From contig CAVOXA010000010.1 of assembly GCA_963700285.1 (NCBI GenBank), positions 32,001 to 96,000 on the forward strand: a stretch of 64,000 nucleotides of DNA. Reading direction: 5' to 3'. Positions 57,066 to 64,000 of this stretch are shown one piece after another. The position numbers and the translations under genes are program-made. The stretch comes from an uncultured Chloroflexia bacterium (GTDB taxonomy: Bacteria > Chloroflexota > Anaerolineae > JAAYZQ01). Positions within the stretch are counted from its first letter, which is position 1. Each line of letters starts with the position of its first letter. The notes beneath the pieces are model-generated. The model ran no database searches. It was given only the letters and a program-made list of their open reading frames with translations, and had not been told where the DNA came from.

Positions 57066-58466
57066 ATGTTCGAGATACGGATTCAGGCAACACAAGGCAG
57101 CCTTCTGACGCTGGATGAAATGGCTGGAAATCTGGTACTGGCTGGCGAGGACCGGGCCGATATCTTGTTCCGGTCTGGCGATGGTCACGAGGAGGACTTG
57201 AGGGTCGAGGAAACAGCAACTGGGCCGGTTATCTCAGCCCGGATGAACTGCGAGATACGGGTACCCTCTTCGGTCCTGGTGTCCGTTCGCCAGGTGGCAG
57301 GAAACTTTGGGGCCAAAGGGCTGGCGGAACTCAACGCCGAACAAGTACGCGGCAACCTGAGGATGCAGGCCGTCGCCAGGGCAACCCTGGCCGAGGTCTA
57401 TGGGAACCTGAGGGCGGATGAGATGGATTCACTGCGTGTAGTGGGTACCGTGTACGGGGACGCGCATCTGAAGTTGGTACAGGCCATCGACATACAGAAT
57501 GTTCGCGGAAACATGCAGGTGAAAGCATCGGATCAGATCCGCGTGTCGCGTACTGGCGGTAATCTGCAGGTCCGGGATCTCGGCGGCTCCCTGAACGCTG
57601 ACAAGATAGGCGGCAACGCACTCTTGCGAGGCGTCGGCGGTACGCTAACCCTTGACCAGGTTGCGGGAAACCTTGTCGTCAAGGATCTCTGCGGTGGAGC
57701 CAAGGTTGGCAGGGTCGGCGGCAACCTGGTCTGGAACGGTACACTGGGCGCCGGCTGTACCTATCACTTTCAGGCCGACGGTAACGCCATACTGCGCCTG
57801 AACGAGGACGCCAGCGCCCACGTGACGCTGAAGGCCAAGGGCAACCTGCACACACCAACGGCTCTGGCCGGGGTACAACGTGAGGGAACCACGCTATCTG
57901 GAACCCTAGGCGAGGGCGGTTCAGAAATAGTCGTCGAGGCCAAGGGCAATGTCCAACTCGGCAGTGGACAGCCAGGAATCGGCGCCGATCTCGGTGAAGA
58001 GATCTCCAGGCAGGTAGAAGAGGGCCTGCAAGCCATCGACCTGGAAGCCATCGGACGCCAGGTAGGCCAGGAGATGGAAGCAGCCATGTCACGGTTGCGC
58101 GTCAAGCTGGAGGACGTGGACTGGGACCGCGTCGGCCACCAGGCCGAGCGAGCAGTGGAACTGGCCATGGACCGTATGCAACGAGATATGGACCGCATGG
58201 TCGGCAAGGCGGCCCAGCAGCAGGAAAAGGTAGAACGCAAAGCCGAGAAAGAAGCACACCGGCGAGAGCGGCAAGAGCGCAGGGGACACAGCGAACGGCA
58301 AGGGGAACCAGCAGCGAAAGCCCAAGATCTGCCAGTCGAAACAGCCTACGAAGCGGGTGAGCCCGAATCCGATCTGGACGACGAACGACTGAGCATCCTC
58401 AGGATGGTGGAGCAGGGCCAGATCAACCCCGAAGAAGCCGAAATGCTCTTGGACGCGCTGAGGTAG
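57066..58466 (+). CDS. DUF4097-like beta-strand repeat protein with C-terminal SHOCT-like domain
   Basis: Repeated V.GNL units; coiled region; ERLSILRMVEQGQINPEEA..LL.AL. Confidence 0.8.
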   Translation: MFEIRIQATQGSLLTLDEMAGNLVLAGEDRADILFRSGDGHEEDLRVEETATGPVISARMNCEIRVPSSVLVSVRQVAGNFGAKGLAELNAEQVRGNLRMQAVARATLAEVYGNLRADEMDSLRVVGTVYGDAHLKLVQAIDIQNVRGNMQVKASDQIRVSRTGGNLQVRDLGGSLNADKIGGNALLRGVGGTLTLDQVAGNLVVKDLCGGAKVGRVGGNLVWNGTLGAGCTYHFQADGNAILRLNEDASAHVTLKAKGNLHTPTALAGVQREGTTLSGTLGEGGSEIVVEAKGNVQLGSGQPGIGADLGEEISRQVEEGLQAIDLEAIGRQVGQEMEAAMSRLRVKLEDVDWDRVGHQAERAVELAMDRMQRDMDRMVGKAAQQQEKVERKAEKEAHRRERQERRGHSERQGEPAAKAQDLPVETAYEAGEPESDLDDERLSILRMVEQGQINPEEAEMLLDALR

Positions 58467-58523
58467 ATACCCGCTGGCAACGAGCTAGATACCACTACCA
58501 AGCGAGAGCAGAGAGTGCAAAAC

Positions 58524-59858
58524 ATGGAGAATCGCAGACTTCAGGGCACGTGGCAAGCTCCCTTTTTCGCCATCTGGACCGGCCAGGCATTTTCCCTGGT
58601 CGGCAGCAAAGTTGTCCAGTTTGCGCTGGTCTGGTGGCTGACCGAACTGACCGGTTCAGCCACCGTTTTGGCCACGGCCACCATGGTGGCCATTGTCCCA
58701 GAAGTGATCCTGGGGCCCTTCGCTGGCGCGTACGTGGATCGCTGGAACCGGCGGGTGGTCATGATGGCGGCTGATGCCCTCGTGGCCCTGGCCTCGCTGT
58801 GGCTGGCCTATCTGTTTTGGATCGGGGCGATGCAGGTGTGGCACGTCTACACCATCATGTTTATCCGTGCTGTAGGCAGCAGTTTTCACTGGCCTGCCAT
58901 GCAGGCTTCAACTTCGCTGATGGTACCCAAGAAGCACCTGACGCGCGTGGCAGGCATGAACCAGACCATGAACGGCGCGCTGAACATTGTGGCCCCCCCC
59001 TTGGGAGCGCTGCTCATGGTGGTCATGCCGCTCTACGGAGTCATGTTGGTCGATGTAGGTACGGCCCTGCTGGCCATCGTCCCTCTGCTTCTGGTCCGCA
59101 TTCCCCAGCCCAGGCGAGATGACATCATGCCTGAGGCCGGGGACAAGCCGTCGGTCTGGGCCGATGTACGCGCTGGCCTGCGTTATATTGGCGCCTGGCC
59201 AGGGCTGATAGCCCTGATTGTCATGGTCATGATCCTAAAGATCGCGCTCACTCCGGCCTTCTCCCTGCTGCCGCTCTTGGTCAGCGCGCATTTTGGCGGC
59301 GATGCAGCCCAGTTGAGCCTGCTCGAAGCCATCGCTGGTGCGGGCATCGTCTTGGGCGGTTTGGCCTTGAGTGTGTGGGGGGGATTCCGGCGAAGGATCT
59401 ATACTACACTGATGGGTGGAACCATCCTGGGTCTGGGCTTTTTCGTGCTGGGACTCACGCCGGCAGGTTTGTTCTGGGTGGCCCTTGGCAGCGTCTTTGT
59501 GGTAGGCTTGATGATTCCGCTGATCGATGGACCCATCATGGCCATCCTCCAGGGTACTGTTGAGCCCGCCATGCAAGGCAGGGTGTTCACCACCATGGGC
59601 AGCTTGCTGTTGCTCACCTCGCCCTTAAGCCTGGCCATCGCCGGACCGGTCAGCGATTGGATTGGCCTTCAGATCTGGTACCTGGCCGCCGGCGTGCTGT
59701 GCGCCGCCCTGGCCCTGGCAGGATTCTTTGTGCCCGCCATCGCCAACATCGAAGAGAACCACAGGGGGTATGCCGCACAACGGCAGCAGTTGGCCCCTTC
59801 TGTTGCTGAAGGAGCGCTGGTCACAGCCCCCACGGAGATCGCCGCGGCCGGAGACTAG
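58524..59858 (+). CDS. MFS transporter (DHA3/MefA-like)
   Basis: IWTGQAFSLVGS, GAYVDRWNRR, QGRVF. Confidence 0.92.
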   Translation: MENRRLQGTWQAPFFAIWTGQAFSLVGSKVVQFALVWWLTELTGSATVLATATMVAIVPEVILGPFAGAYVDRWNRRVVMMAADALVALASLWLAYLFWIGAMQVWHVYTIMFIRAVGSSFHWPAMQASTSLMVPKKHLTRVAGMNQTMNGALNIVAPPLGALLMVVMPLYGVMLVDVGTALLAIVPLLLVRIPQPRRDDIMPEAGDKPSVWADVRAGLRYIGAWPGLIALIVMVMILKIALTPAFSLLPLLVSAHFGGDAAQLSLLEAIAGAGIVLGGLALSVWGGFRRRIYTTLMGGTILGLGFFVLGLTPAGLFWVALGSVFVVGLMIPLIDGPIMAILQGTVEPAMQGRVFTTMGSLLLLTSPLSLAIAGPVSDWIGLQIWYLAAGVLCAALALAGFFVPAIANIEENHRGYAAQRQQLAPSVAEGALVTAPTEIAAAGD

Positions 59859-60063
59859 GCGGTGCAAAACACCTCACAGCGGAAAAGGCCCGGCCGTTGT
59901 GATGCCAATCTTCTCGCGGCTCGCCCCTGTCGCAGGCACCACAATACGCTTGCTCCTTGGGCAGCAGGGAAAAACGTACCTTAACAGCAGCCAGTATTCA
60001 AGATGTTGCTTTTTCGCGACTGTGCTATAATGGGCTCACCTGAAACCAGTGAGTGTAACAGAG

Positions 60064-61098
60064 ATGGTCGTTACCGCAACAACAGGCACAGTGCCTCAAG
60101 TCCAGGGCAGCCTGCGCCCAATGGACCCCACCCGGGATCTGGGAGCCATTGCCGATCTCATCGAAGAAGCCTTTGCCCACGAGATAGATGAGCGGGGCCG
60201 GGCCGCCATCCGCGAAATGCGCTGGATGGCGCGCCTGACCCCTCTGGTCTGGTGGTGGTCGCAGGCCGATCCGGCTTTCCAGGATACCTTCAACGGTTTT
60301 GTATGGGAAGAACCAACCCCAAGCGGCAGGGGGACACAGATCGTAGGCAATGTCAGCCTAAATCGAACTCCCGGGAGTCACCAGCGCAGGATCGTTTGCA
60401 ACGTGGCGGTTCAAAAAGCCTACCGCGGCCAGGGCCTAGGACGGCGCCTGACAGAGGCAGCCGTTGTCGAGGCGCAGACTAGCGGGGCCGAGGGAGTCGT
60501 GATCCAGGTATATCAGGACAATCCCCGCGCCCTCCGGTTGTACACCGACTTGGGCTTCCAGGAGGTGACTGGAGAAACCGACCTCCAGCTCGCGACCATC
60601 GAGCCAGTCAACCCTGTGGCCGCTCCTGGCTACCGCCTTCAGGCCTGGCGGCCCTCCCACGGGCGAGCCGTATACGAACTGGCCCGGCTGGTGACCCCCT
60701 CACCACAATCCTGGATCAGGCCTCTGCGGGCTAGCAGCTACCAGCCAGGCTGGTGGGCGCGCTTGGGACAGCAGGTGGCAGACCTGGCCCAAGGCCGGCG
60801 AGTATATCGACTGGTGGCACTGAAAGAGGAACACCTTGTGGCTATGATGACAGTGACCGCCTCCCTTCGGGGGGGCACCCACCTCCTGGAATTGCTGGTC
60901 CACCCGGAACACCGCAGCCAGTTGGAGTATACGCTCGTGAGCCGGGCACTGTACATGCTTTCCGCCGTGCCATCCAGACCGGTTCGGGTCACGGTCCTTG
61001 CGGAGCACACAGATGCACTGACCGCACTCTACGACAGCGGCTTCGAAGAGCAGCGAACACTCTTGACTCTTAGAAAAGACTTTGATCGCAGAGGATAG
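60064..61098 (+). CDS. Tandem GNAT acetyltransferase
   Basis: NVAV...RGQGLG, N..A..LY..LGF; second degenerate GNAT half (LLVHPEHR...GF). Confidence 0.85.
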   Translation: MVVTATTGTVPQVQGSLRPMDPTRDLGAIADLIEEAFAHEIDERGRAAIREMRWMARLTPLVWWWSQADPAFQDTFNGFVWEEPTPSGRGTQIVGNVSLNRTPGSHQRRIVCNVAVQKAYRGQGLGRRLTEAAVVEAQTSGAEGVVIQVYQDNPRALRLYTDLGFQEVTGETDLQLATIEPVNPVAAPGYRLQAWRPSHGRAVYELARLVTPSPQSWIRPLRASSYQPGWWARLGQQVADLAQGRRVYRLVALKEEHLVAMMTVTASLRGGTHLLELLVHPEHRSQLEYTLVSRALYMLSAVPSRPVRVTVLAEHTDALTALYDSGFEEQRTLLTLRKDFDRRG

Positions 61099-61101
61099 AC
61101 T

Positions 61102-62448
61102 ATGCAGGATGGCAGAGTCCGCTACAGGCGGTTGTTTCTCAATCGGAACTTTGTAGCCCTGTGGCTTGGACAAACCATCTCGTTCATCGGCGACTACTTT
61201 TACTTCCTGGCCATTCCCATCATGGTGGAACAGCTCACTGGCTCCGCGCTGCAGGTGGGTCTGTCGGTCATCGCCAGCGCGCTGCCCATGTTGCTGCTGG
61301 GGCCGGTAGCTGGGGTCTTTGTGGATCGCTGGGACCGCAAGAGGACGATGGTCATCTCCGACCTGTTGCGCGGGGTACTGGTACTCGCTTGCATGGCGGT
61401 TCAGACACCAGACCAGGTATGGATCTACTATGTCATCGGCTTTCTGATGTCCTGTGTCAGCCGCTTCTTCTTTCCATCACAGAACGCCGTACTGCCTCTC
61501 ATCGTCACCGACAGAAATGACCTGCTGGCGGCCAACAGCCTGATGCAGATCGTGCAAACCGCGGGTTTTCTGATCGGCCCCGCACTGGCAGGCTTCTCCA
61601 TCGGGTTATGGGGGGCGCAGGTAGCCTTCCTGGTGGACTCGGCGACCTACTTTGTCTCGGCAGCAGCCATCTTGACGATGAAAGTCCCGCGTACCACTGC
61701 AGGCCGGCAAGCGGCGAGCGGGCAGATCACCACCCTATGGGCCGAAATGCGGGAGGGTGTCGCCTACCTGTTCGGCAACCGGACAATGGTCGGCGTGTTA
61801 CTCTGCCTGGGGGTGGTGCAACTGGGCATCGGGGCCATCCACGTTATCTGGGTGCCTTTTATGCGCCGGACCTTTGGCCTCGGGGCCGAGGGACTGGGGG
61901 CGGTAGATGCCGCTCAGGGCCTGGGTATGGCCCTCGGCGGAATTACCTTGGGCTTTGTGGCTGGGCGATTCAGAAAAAAGGATCTGGCGGGATGGAGCAT
62001 CGTCTTTATCGGGGGCATGATCGCTCTGGTGGGTCTGGCTCCGCCTTTCTCACTGGTGAACCTGATCCCGGGTCTGCAGATAGAAACAGCGATGGCTGAC
62101 ATGAGCATGGGACAACGACTGCTCCACATGCCGCTTCTGCTGCTGGTCTACAGCTTTTTGATCGGCGTGGCCCTAGTGCCAGCCCAGTCATCCCTGATGA
62201 CCATGATGCAGCTAGCCGTACCCGATCTGAAACGTGGCAGGGTGGGCAGTGCGCTCAACGCCGTAACCACGGCTGCTGGATTGGTTTCCATGGCTACTGC
62301 AGCAGCAGCCGGAGAGATCATCGAGTTGCGGCTAATCTACTTTGTCTCCGGTTTGATCACGCTGTCCGGGGGCATCGTAGGGCTCCTGGTGCTGCAGGAA
62401 CCCGAGATCCAGGATAGTGAGCCCGTCCTGGACGGAGCAGCGGGATGA
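61102..62448 (+). CDS. MFS transporter (DHA3-like)
   Basis: NRNF..LWLGQ.IS..GD, GVFVDRWDRK, RGRV. Confidence 0.92.
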   Translation: MQDGRVRYRRLFLNRNFVALWLGQTISFIGDYFYFLAIPIMVEQLTGSALQVGLSVIASALPMLLLGPVAGVFVDRWDRKRTMVISDLLRGVLVLACMAVQTPDQVWIYYVIGFLMSCVSRFFFPSQNAVLPLIVTDRNDLLAANSLMQIVQTAGFLIGPALAGFSIGLWGAQVAFLVDSATYFVSAAAILTMKVPRTTAGRQAASGQITTLWAEMREGVAYLFGNRTMVGVLLCLGVVQLGIGAIHVIWVPFMRRTFGLGAEGLGAVDAAQGLGMALGGITLGFVAGRFRKKDLAGWSIVFIGGMIALVGLAPPFSLVNLIPGLQIETAMADMSMGQRLLHMPLLLLVYSFLIGVALVPAQSSLMTMMQLAVPDLKRGRVGSALNAVTTAAGLVSMATAAAAGEIIELRLIYFVSGLITLSGGIVGLLVLQEPEIQDSEPVLDGAAG

Positions 62449-62627
62449 AACTAGGCAGAACCAGGATTGATCGGAAGGTGAAAGTGGATGCCAGCCACGG
62501 CCCATGAGAAACTCGGGCCGTGGTGACACCTGTCTTTCACGGCCCGGATGGAGGGTATATGCGGCTAGATGGTAGAAAACAGAGATTCGTGGTAGACACT
62601 TTAGCACCGGAATGAAGGGAGATTCCA

Positions 62628-63008
62628 ATGACGACAACAGAAGATCGCATGCAGATCCTGAACATGGTGGCGGAAAGAATCATCTCGGCAGATGAGGGGG
62701 CCAAGCTTCTGGCAGCCTTGGAGACAGAACAGAAAAGAGAGCCTACCCAGAGCATGACCGGACCCAGCCGGTCCCGCTGGATCCGCGTCCGGGTCACCGA
62801 TCTGGAAACGGGCCGGAACAAGGTCAATGTCAATCTGCCCATGGGCCTGGTTGAAGTTGCCGCCCGGCTGGGCGCCCGCTTTGCGCCAGAGCTACAGGGC
62901 ATGGACGTTCACGACATCGTGGAGCAGGTCAAGAGCGGCGCACAGGGCAAGCTCATCGAAGTGGAAGACATCGAGGATGGAGAACGGGTCGAGATATATG
63001 TAGAATAG
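62628..63008 (+). CDS. SHOCT-like domain protein (YvlB N-terminal-like)
   Basis: EDRMQILNMV....IS.DEG..LL.AL; IRVRVTD, VNLP, VEIYVE. Confidence 0.85.
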   Translation: MTTTEDRMQILNMVAERIISADEGAKLLAALETEQKREPTQSMTGPSRSRWIRVRVTDLETGRNKVNVNLPMGLVEVAARLGARFAPELQGMDVHDIVEQVKSGAQGKLIEVEDIEDGERVEIYVE

Positions 63009-63034
63009 GTATCCAGACCGAGAACCAGATTGAC

Positions 63035-63065
63035 AAGGCCCTCTCCAAAGTTTGGAGAGGGCCTT
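63035..63065. terminator. Bidirectional terminator hairpin
   Basis: AAGGCCCTCTCCAAA-G-TTTGGAGAGGGCCTT near-perfect palindrome between convergent genes. Confidence 0.75.
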
Positions 63066-63167
63066 TGGCATGGCGGGCGAGCCAGGCCAGCAAGTTCTAT
63101 TTCAAGCGGAGAGTTCCTGACAGATGCCCCTTTGCTTCCGCCAGGAACCCTCCGGCAAGCAAAGCCA

Positions 63168-64000
63168 CTACTTCTTTGGCCGCTTCTTATAGCCAGCGGC
63201 AAGACCATAGAAGGGCAGAAGCAGAGGTTCGACCTTGGTGGCCAGACTGACGCGGGCGCTCCATAGCGCAGTACGGGCCTTAGCCACAGGCTTGGACAGG
63301 CGCTCAGCTACAGGCCAGTCAGCGACTGGAATAGCCACCGGTTCCTGCGGCTCCCAATGGAAGGCCGCGGCAGCCCAGGTAAGCCCGGCACCAAAGCCCA
63401 CAAAAACAACGTGATCGCCCGCTTGGAGCCGTCCCTCTTCAACAGCATCAACCAACGCCAAGGGGATAGAGGCCGCCGAGGTATTGCCATAGTGGTCGAT
63501 ATTGACCATCATCTTTTCCGGTGGGACGCGGAGCCTGCGCCGTGCCAGCTCAATGATGCGGTCATTGGCTTGGTGGGGGATAATCAGATCGATATCATCC
63601 GGGGTCAGCCCGCTGTCCATAATCACTTTGCGCGTTGAGTCGGCCAGAACACGCGATGCAAACTTGAAGACCCGTTGGCCGTCCATGCGCAAGTAATGAA
63701 GCCGCTGTTCGACAGTCTCGTGGCTGGTCGGATTGACACCTCCGCCACCGGGGTAGATGAGGGCGTCATAGTCGGAGCCATCAGAGCCCAGATCAAAGGA
63801 TAGGAGACCGGTGGGCTGTTCGCTGGCCTCTATCACCACAGCCCCCGAGCCATCGCCAAACAGGACGCAGGTCGTTCGATCCCTCCAATCAATACCAAAG
63901 GACAGGTGCTCCGTGCCAATGACCAGAGCATTGTGGTATGCGCCAGTCTGGATGAACTGGCTGGCGGTAACCAACGCATATACCCACCCAGTGCAGCCAG
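63168..64000 (-). CDS. fabH: 3-oxoacyl-ACP synthase III (5' end outside window)
   Basis: GCTG at the window edge, LFGDG, PHQAN, GNTSAAS, GFGAGLTW. Confidence 0.93.
   Translation of the reverse strand, partial: GCTGWVYALVTASQFIQTGAYHNALVIGTEHLSFGIDWRDRTTCVLFGDGSGAVVIEASEQPTGLLSFDLGSDGSDYDALIYPGGGGVNPTSHETVEQRLHYLRMDGQRVFKFASRVLADSTRKVIMDSGLTPDDIDLIIPHQANDRIIELARRRLRVPPEKMMVNIDHYGNTSAASIPLALVDAVEEGRLQAGDHVVFVGFGAGLTWAAAAFHWEPQEPVAIPVADWPVAERLSKPVAKARTALWSARVSLATKVEPLLLPFYGLAAGYKKRPKK

Overview
GC-rich bacterial chromosomal window. It most resembles Chloroflexota/Anaerolineae; this is inferred from the Pro/Thr-rich lipoproteins and the gene repertoire. It is mostly housekeeping and envelope genes: an ABC/HlyD exporter, a LeuC/LeuD plus beta-decarboxylating dehydrogenase set (possibly alpha-aminoadipate lysine pathway), a TPR-LysM/TolB-M23 cluster, a BMP-type nucleoside ABC importer, ftsK, sbcC, hfq, menA, rnhA, a decayed accessory stretch (39-51 kb), a DUF2089/DUF4097/SHOCT stress operon, fabH, and two tRNAs (Arg-TCT, Gly-TCC). 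The main highlight is an IS110 element (about 30672-32574, TG core) inserted next to the hfq ribosome-binding site. Its 400-nt 3' non-coding end folds into a two-loop bridge-RNA-like structure, and the loop sequences match the element's own target flanks and circle junction. Other oddities are an ABC ATPase with a 4-TM insertion inside NBD1, a BMP lipoprotein with a near-identical internal duplication, a tandem active/inactive RNase HI, and three deletion scars. Fourteen +1 frameshifts look like mixed-allele consensus artefacts rather than real pseudogenes.
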